64,000 nt of DNA from Paramoeba atlantica (Eukaryota > Protista > Discosea). The translations under genes were made by a program, and so were the position numbers. The notes under the pieces were generated by a model. It was not told the origin of the DNA. It did no database searches and saw only the letters and a program-made list of their open reading frames with translations. Positions within the stretch are counted from its first letter, which is position 1. Each line of letters begins with the position of its first letter. The DNA lies in the NCBI GenBank assembly GCA_977017575.1, contig CDRNVI010000039.1:62001-126000 (forward strand), in the 5' to 3' direction. Shown here piece by piece: positions 10,194-20,545 of this stretch.

Positions 10194-11963
10194 ATGCCCT
10201 CCCCCCACACCATCCCCGTACCCCCCAACGCCCCCCTCTCCGAGGGTCTCCGCGCCATCTCCCTCGTCGTCGCGGCCAGCCCCGAAGGCGGGATTGGAAA
10301 AAACAACAACCTCCCCTGGGACCTCCCCTCCGACCTCAAACACTTCCGTACCCTCACCTCCACCCTCTCCTCGAAATCCCTCGAGGGGATCAAACAAAAC
10401 GCCGTCATCATGGGACGTAAGACCTGGGAATCCATCCCGGAGAAATACCGACCCCTTCCCCATCGGGTTAATATTGTCATTAGCTCCACGCTGACCCCCA
10501 CGACCCCCTCACCGAATAACGAAGAGAATACAAAACAAAATGGAATAACGTCCAACGAAAGGGAATTTAAGAATACAGAAATGCAACAAAATCAAAAGGA
10601 ACCGACAAGTTTAATGGAAAGCGAAGGCAAGCTGAAGAGCCCTACAGAAAATACACAAGACCAAAAGGCAGGAGTGAAAGGGGATGGGGGAGTAAAGGAG
10701 GATGGGGAAGTGAAAGAGGGCAAGGGATCGATAGATCAGAAGGATTCGAAAGCGCCCAATAAATCCTTCTACATTGTCCCCACCCTCCACGATGCCCTAC
10801 GCCTCACCATCTCCCCGGATCTCCGGGCCTCCATCGACCACGTCTTCATCATCGGCGGGGCCTCGCTCTACAACGAGGTGCTGGACCCGCGAGGGGCGTT
10901 CTTCCCCTATCTCTCCTGTGTGCATCTCACCCGTGTAGGGGACGAACTGCCCTGTGACATCACCGTCCCGCGGCTGTGTGAGCAGAGCTGGGAGGGGGAG
11001 GCCGGAGCTAACGGGTTCGTGCTGCAGCAACCCGTGCCGGAGGTCACCGAGCCCCACAACGGGATTGTGGTGAAATTCCAAAAATGGGTGAAATCGAATC
11101 CTCAGGAAAGTCAGTACTTAGCGCTGATTCGGGAGATTTTGGAAAAAGGGGTGGATAAGGGGGACCGGACGGGGACGGGGACCCGGAGTGTGTTTGGGGC
11201 TCAAATGCGGTTTGATTTGGGGAATGGGAGGCTGCCGCTGCTGACGACGAAGCGGGTGTTCTGGCGTGGGGTCGCGGAGGAACTGCTGTGGTTTATTCGA
11301 GGGGACACCGACGCGAGACACCTCGCGGAGAAGAAGATTCATATTTGGGATGGGAACGGCTCCCGGGCGTATTTGGACTCCATTGGGTTAAGTTCCCGGG
11401 CGGAGATGGATTTAGGTCCGGTTTATGGGTTTCAGTGGCGACACTTTGGGGCAGAGTACGAGACCTGTGGGAGTGATTACGCCGGGAAAGGGGTGGACCA
11501 GTTAAAGGGGCTAGTGGAGAAAATCAAACAAAACCCCAATGACCGGCGATTGTTGATGTCGGCGTGGAATCCGGTCGCGATTCCCGAGATGGCACTTCCC
11601 CCATGTCATGTGTTGTGTCAGTTTTATGTCGCCAACGATGCGTTGAGTTGTCAGCTCTACCAACGGAGCTGTGACATGGGGCTCGGGGTGCCGTTTAATA
11701 TTGCCTCCTACGCTTTGTTGACCATATTACTGGCGAAGGCTACGGGACTTCGCTGTGGGGAGCTCATCCATACTCTAGGCGATGCCCATGTGTATCGGAA
11801 TCACATAGAGCCCCTGGAGGAACAGCTGCGTCGAACCCCTCGGTCGTTTCCCTATCTTCACTTCAAGAGACACCACGAGACGTTGGAGGACTACGCATTT
11901 GAGGATTTCGAGCTCGTAGATTACAACCCCTATGGGATGATCAAAATGGAAATGGCAGTGTAG
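10194..11963 (+). CDS. DHFR-TS: Bifunctional dihydrofolate reductase-thymidylate synthase
   Basis: [44 protein letters not shown]; [56 protein letters not shown]; short DHFR-TS junction. Confidence 0.98.
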   Translation: MPSPHTIPVPPNAPLSEGLRAISLVVAASPEGGIGKNNNLPWDLPSDLKHFRTLTSTLSSKSLEGIKQNAVIMGRKTWESIPEKYRPLPHRVNIVISSTLTPTTPSPNNEENTKQNGITSNEREFKNTEMQQNQKEPTSLMESEGKLKSPTENTQDQKAGVKGDGGVKEDGEVKEGKGSIDQKDSKAPNKSFYIVPTLHDALRLTISPDLRASIDHVFIIGGASLYNEVLDPRGAFFPYLSCVHLTRVGDELPCDITVPRLCEQSWEGEAGANGFVLQQPVPEVTEPHNGIVVKFQKWVKSNPQESQYLALIREILEKGVDKGDRTGTGTRSVFGAQMRFDLGNGRLPLLTTKRVFWRGVAEELLWFIRGDTDARHLAEKKIHIWDGNGSRAYLDSIGLSSRAEMDLGPVYGFQWRHFGAEYETCGSDYAGKGVDQLKGLVEKIKQNPNDRRLLMSAWNPVAIPEMALPPCHVLCQFYVANDALSCQLYQRSCDMGLGVPFNIASYALLTILLAKATGLRCGELIHTLGDAHVYRNHIEPLEEQLRRTPRSFPYLHFKRHHETLEDYAFEDFELVDYNPYGMIKMEMAV

Positions 11964-13535
11964 GGAATGAAAGGGGAGGATTAGGCGAAACGTGGGGATT
12001 TGTAAATTTTCTTCTTTGTACATCAATTGCATTGAATTAATAGAGATTTCCGTACATGCGTTTTATGTTTTGCCACCATGTATGTGGTGGGTTGTGTATA
12101 TCTAGAATTTGTACAGTATTCTATTTTGGATTGTCCCCGGTGACTGCGACGTACATGAGTTGCGCATTTCTTATTTTAGAGAGTTCTTCTTTTGAAAACA
12201 TTAGCACAAATACTGCGCACAATACTGTGTAAAGGAAGGTCTGTCCCTTTATAATATTTCGGAGCAGATTCTTATGCATGTATGTTCGTTTAAACTGGTT
12301 TACTTCTAAGAGGCTGTATAAGCTGAATCATAGGCTGATTAATGTCCTCAGAAATACATTGTTTGATCAGAATGGTTTGATTTGAAACACATATTGGATG
12401 GACCTCACACAAAGTGATGTCTTTTACTGATACCTCCCTTTGGTTAAAAGAAATATTTTGTTTAGAAAACTGGGGTATATGCAACTTCGCTTGATTGTTG
12501 AGAGCCATCACATTACATAACGAAACCTCTTACCGAAATACAGAAATTTTTTGATATCTGACATAGTACTGTTCATACGTTTTTTACTTTTCAAAAGTTT
12601 TTTGTTATCCAAAATTTGTTTTTCCATTTCAGGATGCTTAGTGATGTAGTTTACGATCATAAGTTTGCTCCCCACTGAAACGCGATTGCAGACGAACTCC
12701 AAAGCGTAAACTTTTAGAAAGGGCTCATTCCTCCCTAAAATACCCTTGGGGATGTGATGTCAAGTTGGCTAATCCTTCTGGTTACTAATTACAAAGAAGC
12801 AAAGTCAATATCCTTCGCTACGTTCGATTTTCAGGCTCAAGAAGTGAATGAGCTGGAAATCGAAGGAATCGAGCTGGAATCGATCGTGTAAATTTACGCA
12901 CCGCCATCGAACTGGACTTCTAAAAACTTTTCAAACGACACGCGTCATAGAAAATGCGAAGAAGAGTTTTCGAAAGCGATACAGTGTTGGAATCCAAGAA
13001 AATCGGTGGGGATTAAGTTTTGCAAAAAGTCGTAATGACTTTCTTATCACTGTAACCCCTAGTTATCTGTCACACGTCACCCCCCCCTAGTTACTCCCCC
13101 TAGTATCTGTCACTTTTTGGCACTTCGATTTTTTTCGTCGACTACCCCTCCCCCTAGTTATCAGTCACTTTCTCACGAAAAGTAGTGACAGATCAGAAGA
13201 GAATCTAGGTGAAGAGACAGTTCATCTTTTCACGAAAAGTAGTGACAGATACAGTCAGCAAAAAAACCGTTCGAATGTTTCGGTTTTTTTTCTTTTGTAT
13301 AGAGCTATTGATTAAATATCATCGTTGCGCTGGTAATGTGTGCTAGTAGTGTAGGCATGAGTGTCACCTAATAGTACCCGTAGATAGTTCACCTCAGTTC
13401 GTTCTACCAAAGAAATAAGAATGAATATAAAAAAGTTTAGCATTCGAAAGGTTTTTTTGCTACCTATTATAGAGAAAATCTTGTCCCGAAAAATAGATGA
13501 AACGTAATGGCCCAAGAGAGATTATGCCCGTAAAA

Positions 13536-14205
13536 TTAGTATTTAGTATTCCCCACACGAGCCTTCAGCACTGCCTTCATACGGGCAGGCATACTGTCCA
13601 CCTGGGCACGGCATACTGAAGGTGGTATGTTCGCCCATTCCATTTTTACCCTCTCCCACAACTCTCGGACCCCGCTTGGTGGATCATCGTGCGCTGCAAG
13701 GCGCCGCTTGAGTTCCCCCCAAACGTTTTCGATTGGATTTAAGTCAGGGGACTGCGGGGGCCACCGCATGACTTCAAACCCGGTACCCCGGAGGTGCCGC
13801 TGCGCACAATGGTTTGTGTGCTTGGGGTCATTATCTTGTTGGAAGATGACCATTGGGGGGTCTAGACCCATAGTTTCGTTGGAGGGGGCAAGATTCTCTT
13901 CAAGAATCTCGACGTACTGTGTGGCGTTCAGGTTCCCTTGAACTAGACGCACATGCCCCACACCGCTTCGGGGCATGCACGCCCGAATTATGATGTGCCC
14001 CCCTCCGTACTTTACCGTGGGCATTACTCCTTTTTCACCCAGTTCCTCCCCCGGGGTCCCCCATGTCCAAAGACTTCCCCCCGTTTCAAAGCGCGAGATC
14101 TTTGTCTCGTCCGACCATACAACTGGAGCCCAGTCGTGCACTGTCCAGTGCTCATGGGCCGTGGCAAAGTCCATCCGAAGCTTGCGATGGCGCTTGGACA
14201 GGTAG
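13536..14205 (-). pseudogene. Tc1-type (DD34E/DDE_3) transposase fragment, catalytic half only
   Basis: LSKRHRKLRMDFA, VVWSDETKI, TVKYGGG, FQQDNDPKH, WPPQSPDLNPIENVW; HTH region and TIRs not found. Confidence 0.9.
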
Positions 14206-14493
14206 TATGTAAGGGGGGATAGTATTTAGGAAACTTGCGGATCGCGTTTCAGAGCACTTTGATAAAAGGATCAGGCCCCCCTTGTGCTAATTTTGGCCAT
14301 GCTGCATTCACGAGCCCTGTTCGAAAGCTCTGGAATGCACTATTCGTATCGAAAACAAATGTATTGTAAACAAATAAATTTTACGAATTTTAGAACCCTC
14401 ACGTTAAAAAAGGTTTCCCCCCTGCATTTGTTCAGATTATGCTACTTATTTTTTGAGTTTCCTTATTACTTTAGTTCAGCTCTCACTTACAGA

Positions 14494-15096
14494 ATGTGTG
14501 ACGTTCCGGCTTCAAGGCCGCGCCTGGCTAAGATTCGAGGCACAGCTCTTCCGCAAGAGTACGATCTAGAGAGACTCGTTGCCGGTATTCCCGATCCACA
14601 TAGCTCCTGGACGGCAGACACTCCGGTTTGTGAGTGGGATGGCGTAATATGCATGTCGCGCGGCACACCCACATCACTCCGTTGGTCATCGCATGCCTCG
14701 CGTATGAAAGGTGGAACTGTGTATTTGCAGTTTATGCCGGTTTCCATTCAAACGTTTTCTGTACCGCGCTGTGGGCTTTTCGGGGAAGTTACATTCGGAT
14801 TACTTCCTCGGCATCTTAATTATCTTTATCTCCAAGAAAATAAGTTTACTGGAGAATTACAAGTTAGCGACCTTCCGGACATGATTATTGAGCTCAATAT
14901 TGTAAAAAACCAATTTCATGGCAAGGTTGACCTCGTTTCAGATTTAAATGAAATTGTACCGAAAAGTTTGATCGCCATGCAAGTAGGCCAAAATGTGGAT
15001 CTTTTTGGTACAATCAATGTTGCTTTGCTTCGAAGATGGAAATCATCCTTTATGTACGATGTCAGTGGGACAAGCATTAGACGAGTAACGAAATGA
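14494..15096 (+). CDS. Leucine-rich repeat protein (member 4)
   Basis: AKIRGTALPQEYDL, PVCEWDGVIC cap, LRRs; ATG at 14494 follows tctcacttacag (pyrimidine tract plus AG). Confidence 0.88.
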   Translation: MCDVPASRPRLAKIRGTALPQEYDLERLVAGIPDPHSSWTADTPVCEWDGVICMSRGTPTSLRWSSHASRMKGGTVYLQFMPVSIQTFSVPRCGLFGEVTFGLLPRHLNYLYLQENKFTGELQVSDLPDMIIELNIVKNQFHGKVDLVSDLNEIVPKSLIAMQVGQNVDLFGTINVALLRRWKSSFMYDVSGTSIRRVTK

Positions 15097-15497
15097 CAAT
15101 CCAGCTCTAAATTCACAGTGATTCATACACTGTAGTATTGTTATTTACATTGAGATGACAATATTTTTATGTACATTGAGGCGATCTTTATTTTTTGTTT
15201 ATGATTCAACCATTCTTGTGGTAATACTGTCCCCTCTATTTAGCGTATTTTATTCCACTATTTAGTGTTGTTTTTTAGCTTTGTGAGCATTGGTGCCGGA
15301 AAGGCGTCGAATGTCCTTACCCCCTATCTAGTGTTGAATTTCGATTAATTTCTTTAAACATTAAATTATTTAAATAATATTTAAAATATGAGAGATAGTC
15401 ATTTATACGCTGTCAGGTATTTTGTTTGTGTCCGAAATGAAAGCATATGTAAAAATTGTTTTTTTATTTCTGTCTTCTTCTGACAATTATTCGTCTA

Positions 15498-15779
15498 ATG
15501 AGTGCTCAGGAAGAACCCAAAAAACCTGTCATTAAAAATGTTGACATGACAGAAGAGATGCAAGGAGATGCGATTGCTACTGCTAATGAAGCATTGGATA
15601 AATTCAACATTGAAAAGGACATAGCAGCACACATTAAGAAAGAATTTGATCGAAAACACAACCCAACTTGGCATTGTGTAGTCGGACGCAATTTCGGTTC
15701 TTTTGTTACACATGAGACGCAACATTTTATTTACTTTTACGTAGGGCAGATTGCAGTGCTGTTGTGGAGATCAGGTTGA
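15498..15779 (+). CDS. LC8: Dynein light chain LC8
   Basis: [11 protein letters not shown]...[39 protein letters not shown]. Confidence 0.97.
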   Translation: MSAQEEPKKPVIKNVDMTEEMQGDAIATANEALDKFNIEKDIAAHIKKEFDRKHNPTWHCVVGRNFGSFVTHETQHFIYFYVGQIAVLLWRSG

Positions 15780-16245
15780 ACAGCATGTATTTTTATCATT
15801 TGATAGTGTAAATTGCATGCTTGGATAAAAGGAATGCTCTTGTCGTTTTTCGATTTATTATCTAGGATATTGGCCTAAGAAATTTAGCACGCGATTTTTA
15901 GTCATACTTTCTTAGCGTTATTGCATTGTTCTCAAGCAGAATGGTTTATTTTCTTAATTATTTTTTTTCGTGTATTGTTCACATAATAAACTACTCGGTT
16001 GTTACGACTTTGGCAACTCGTGTTTATTTGCACGCGAGTAAAAAGTATAACGCGATGATAGCGTCAACTATAAAGTAGCAGCATCCTCAATGCATTTCAT
16101 GGATTAATTTTGAGAATGTGTACTGTTCACTGTAGTAATTTGTGTATGATATTTTTGCACCAAAATATTTGCCTTTCTTATGAGGTAGTGCATGTGAAAA
16201 ATATCTTTACTCTTGCGCAATTATTTGTAGCGAATACCACCCCTT

Positions 16246-16638
16246 ATGCTATTGTCCAGAATTTGTTTGCCACCGACACTCTCCAGGTCGCAAACTGTGC
16301 GAAATCATTCATCGAAGGCGTTGCCTTGTGTTCTGTATAGTTCATCCGTCCGTCAAATTCAAACACGCGATCCAAACTATGAAGATGATCGATGGCTGGA
16401 GGCTGAACTTGCAAACAAAGAAATGTCTGCAGAAGAACGCTATGCATTCTTAAAGCAACGTGAAGTTATTAAGCAAATGATGTCCAAAGTAGCAGATCAT
16501 GCTAAAGAAAAGGCGAATGCAGAAAATAACGTGTCCAAATCTGAAGTGGACTTGTCACGCAATGACTTAGAAAAGAAAATTACCGCACTAGAGGCCGAAG
16601 TGGCAAGGCTAAAGCTTGAAGAAAAGAAGCCACTATAA
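16246..16638 (+). CDS. IF1: Mitochondrial F1-ATPase inhibitor IF1, trypanosome-type
   Basis: Basic/hydroxylated presequence, then DDRWLEAELANKEMSAEERYAFLKQRE (the RWxEAE...EERYA pattern I recall from trypanosome IF1) and a C-terminal coiled coil. Confidence 0.75.
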   Translation: MLLSRICLPPTLSRSQTVRNHSSKALPCVLYSSSVRQIQTRDPNYEDDRWLEAELANKEMSAEERYAFLKQREVIKQMMSKVADHAKEKANAENNVSKSEVDLSRNDLEKKITALEAEVARLKLEEKKPL

Positions 16639-17186
16639 GCGCAAATATTACTTTAAACCTTTACCGCGCTGAAAATTGTTGAAATCGTAATTCTTTAATC
16701 CAAATGTGTGGCTCAGCATGGCATACATCATTCTACGGTAACTTTCTAGTGTCCAAAATAATAATTTTTGCCTTTCCCCTGTATATTTGTAATTTCCTTA
16801 TTCGTTTCTTTTATAATATGCTTAGTGTTTATTCCTTATTGCGTATTATATCGTAAGCGCACATGTAGTATCGCGCACTAGATACATCATGAAATTACTG
16901 TCTATAAGTAAATCAACGTAACATTTCATGTTCGAAATATACAGTAGATATCCCCAGACGTTTTTATTGATCCGTAAATCATTTGTTTGTTTTTTAGACC
17001 TCACCCTTTAAAAAAATATTAGTATTATACTATTTCGTACTATAGGCGGTTACATTTTTGTTGGGTGTCAGGCGTCACTTTCTTACCATAATGCATTGGC
17101 GGCGTGATACGTTCTGTTTGAATACAAAAAATATTCAAAACCGTATTTTAGAGAGAGCTATTTATTTAATAAGGAAGGACTCTTCC

Positions 17187-17789
17187 ATGAATGGTATTTT
17201 CGCGGCTGAATTAGCACCTGCTTGCGCAGCCAAAGTACGCGGCGCTGCAGTACCGCCGGAGTATAATTTAGTGAGACTCACGCAACGCATCGAAAATCCG
17301 AAAGAATCATGGCACACGAATACACCTGGATGTGAGTGGGATTTCGTTTCCTGTAATGAACAAGGCGATGTGATCAACATTACGTGGATTTTCATTGGCT
17401 TACAAGGATCACTTTGTTGGGAGTATTTACCAAAACAACTTATGATTCTTAGCCTTACGGGAAATCACCTTAAAGGGGAAATACCGCTCTCGGATATGCC
17501 TTATGACCTCGAGTTCATAAATATGGGAGAAAATGAGTTTGGCGGCAGCATCGAGTTACAGCATCTTCCGCCGACCTTGGAATATCTTTATTTGCATGAC
17601 AATTTATTTGATTGTCAGATTAAGTTTACCTTATTGCCGAAAAGTCTCCTTGAACTCGTTTTGCACAAAAACGGTAAACTGCGAGGGGAGCTTGATGTTT
17701 CATTACTACCGGAGTCCTTAAAGTACAATATGCGCAATACAGGAATCACCGCTTTGAACGGCCCTACTCGCCGAGGATTTTCTTTGTAG
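17187..17789 (+). CDS. Leucine-rich repeat protein (member 5)
   Basis: AKVRGAAVPPEYNL, PGCEWDFVSC cap, LRRs; likely ATG at 17187. Confidence 0.9.
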   Translation: MNGIFAAELAPACAAKVRGAAVPPEYNLVRLTQRIENPKESWHTNTPGCEWDFVSCNEQGDVINITWIFIGLQGSLCWEYLPKQLMILSLTGNHLKGEIPLSDMPYDLEFINMGENEFGGSIELQHLPPTLEYLYLHDNLFDCQIKFTLLPKSLLELVLHKNGKLRGELDVSLLPESLKYNMRNTGITALNGPTRRGFSL

Positions 17790-17901
17790 CCTGCCTCAAT
17801 GTCAAATTCTTTTTATGTCAATAAAGGCGCAGACTTCAGATCATATATTTTTTATAGTGTACAGGGGGGACATTTGTCTGTGTAATACTAATCTGGAGAA
17901 C

Positions 17902-17943
17902 ATTAATCTGTGTGATATTAATCTGTGTGATATTAATCTGTGT
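17902..17943. repeat. 15-bp tandem repeat (attaatctgtgtgat, about 2.8 copies)
   Basis: Read directly. Confidence 0.85.
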
Positions 17944-18620
17944 TAACTCGAAAATATTTGGTCCGGCAGAAATCTGTGCTAAAAAAACAAAAATGCGCCG
18001 CAGGCGAAATTTTCCTGTTTTAGTAAATGTTTTTTTTCTCTTTTCTTGATTTTTAATTGTAAAAATGGACAAATTTGTGAAAAAAGATCATAGCCCCGGC
18101 ATAGAGGGGGGGCGTTTATCCGTGTAAAATCTGTGAGATCATAGTACATATTTTTATACGCCACATAGTACCTATTTTTATGCACTGTATAGTTCTTTCT
18201 ATACTATTCAGGTATCATCCTCGATCAGAATAACTTAAGATGATGTTCCGATAGTTTACAACCGTCCATCCATAGTATTTCTCTCCTGCAAATAACAAAC
18301 CGTTAGTCGTACAATCTGTTTTTCGGAGCAAAGAACTTCACAAAACAACAGATCACTTTTGTCCGTCTTCCTCAAACCTCTCCAATTGCCAAAACTGAAC
18401 ATCGATATTTACATGCAACGGAACATCGCAGAACTCTCGGGATGTAAACATGGAACATCACAAACCACCCCTTTGTAAATATTTTTGCAGCAAATCCTTT
18501 CACATTCCTAGACTACTCCAACTCTGAGCTTATCCGATCATGTCATCATCTCCTTTCACTTTTATTATTCCTACAGTAAGTCCGTGTTGCATCCCTTTCA
18601 AAAATCCTTTTGACACATTC

Positions 18621-19042
18621 TCTCGTAACAACGCGAGGTCGTCAGTCCCGGGTAATAGGGTGGGTGGATCCAATGCAAGTACCGACTGTCATCAACACGA
18701 TGTCAGTCACTCTCAGACGTCAAGCCGTCTCCGTATGGTGAATGCGGAATAAACGGATGAGTCTCCCGTGCCACACAAGGTGGTACATGTTCTCGCAACA
18801 ATGCGAGGTCGTCAGTCCCGGGTAATAGGGTGGGTGGATCCAATGCAAGTACCGACTGTCATCAACACGATGTCAGTCACTCTCAGACGTCATGCCGTCT
18901 CCGTATGGTGAATGCGGAATAAACGGATGAGTCTCCCGTGCCACACAAGGTGGTGCGTGTTCTCGCAACAACGCAAGGTCGTCAGTCCCGGGTAATAGGG
19001 TGGGTGGATCCAATGCAAGTACCGACTGTCATCAACACGATG
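18621..19042. repeat. 170-bp structured tandem repeat, left part (about 2.5 units)
   Basis: Units start at 18621, 18791 and 18961 (tctcgYaacaa...); near identical. Confidence 0.95.
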
Positions 19043-19793
19043 ATGTTTCTGTACCTTGTATTTGTTTTCTTAAACTGTATCAACAACATGTCCGTTAATC
19101 TCACTTCCCCGCGGAATGTTGACAATGCGTTGCCGGACCTCCCTCGAGCTTCCGCTGCGTACAGACGCAAACACTGCATTTCGTCCACAGCAGATCTCGA
19201 CCCGTTAAGATACGACTTCTCACTGATCTGCGCTGGACATATTTCCCCGGCATTAAGGCCGTCAGCCAATGGTCCATAGTTAGAGAAAGAATCCCATCCG
19301 GGCAAGGTGCGGAAATAGCGATTACAAAACTATTAAATAAGCATCAGCACACGCCCTGGTAGCTGAACACGCCAGCTTTGAGGAGCTCGTTGAGCGCGAT
19401 GCGTGTGACTACATAAAGGTCACGAGGAAAGAACACCCCCACACCACCTCCCTGCACCCAAACTGGGTTTCGATGCATGCAGATCCGACCCTGAACCTAG
19501 GAAAGACGTATTCCACCCTAAGCACGCTCAATAAAGCAGCCGTGAAGGCCTTATAGGGCAGAGAAATATGTGGATTGAAACACATAACAATAGAGCTCAT
19601 AAGACAGAAGGAAAGATCACCAAGCGCTGAACCAACGGGATACGAAAAACCAAGCAGGACAGAAGAATCTCCGCACAAAATCGCTGCTCCACGAACGTCC
19701 CTGAAAGGTAAACCTGATGAATACAAAGGACCATGCAAACACCGCTGCTTGAGAAAACTCTCCTGTGTGCACAAGTGCTGCAAAATACGTATA

Positions 19794-20545
19794 CAGGGGT
19801 GAAAACTGCCATCTGGGGGGGTCTAAAATTAGCAAAAACTTTTCAATTTCGGAAAATAATACCGCATTCGAGAGCTCTCGCAGAGTTGTATGTCTTTGCA
19901 CTGGTAGCTGCTGACATATCAAATTAGAACTCCAAATACCGAATAGGCCAAAAAAGCAAATTGTCACTTAAAGAATAATAAAAAATCTCAGATATTTTTA
20001 GGAGGCATTATTTTAAAACCCGTGTTGCATCCACAACATGCACCCTTCTTTTCTACGATGATTCTACAACGTATTCCGAAGTTTTTAAACTTATTATCAA
20101 ACTTATCTTTGTCTTTTGCCTGAAGTTTATCGTAAAAAACATGAATCGTTCCACCCAGAGTTTCACAGTTCCCTAGTGGACCCAAACACTTTGGTAAGTC
20201 CGGGAATAAGACTGTATTTTCTCGAAGTCGGCCACAAGAAGTAATCTTTGGTGTTCTTTAATCTTTCCTGGCAAAGTATAAGAACGGGCGTTCGAAACAC
20301 CATGAGAATTCCTTGAGCGAACTCGCTTTTGGGGCGTAAAATGGGGCAAAAATGAAAAATTGCCATATTTTCACAAGAAAAAAAACATGTTTTTTTCTCA
20401 TCGGGTTAAATCTTTCAAGCCGAGCGTTCCGAATACGCCAAAGACATACAACTCTGCGAGATCTCTCCAATGCGCTATTATTTTCCAAAATTGGACAATT
20501 TTTACAAAATTTAGACCCCCCCCCAGATGGAAGTTTTCACCCCTG
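19794..20545. mobile_element. Non-autonomous Tc1/mariner-type MITE, 752 bp, TIRs of about 110 bp, TA TSD
   Basis: TA-caggggtgaaaactgccatctggggggg... and ...cccccagatggaagttttcacccctg-TA. Confidence 0.92.

Noticed and set aside
9913-10555. Pro-rich ORFs overlapping the DHFR-TS start
   Set aside because: Translate C-rich flank and alternate frames; no motifs.
10494-10766. Possible cis-intron in DHFR
   Set aside because: In frame, stop-free, and no GT...AG at the compositional boundaries; treated as a coding insertion.
12290-12960. Short minus-strand ORFs that might be a decayed gene
   Set aside because: No recognisable motif across the frames.
18780-18830. Hammerhead-like CTGACGA-hairpin-GAAC on the minus strand of the 170-bp unit
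   Set aside because: GAAA is absent and stems I and III with an NUH site could not be built convincingly; worth only an Infernal check.
18621-19042. 170-bp unit as SL RNA, 5S rRNA or a CRISPR array
   Set aside because: No SL exon/GGTATG junction, no convincing 5S motifs, and no unique spacers.
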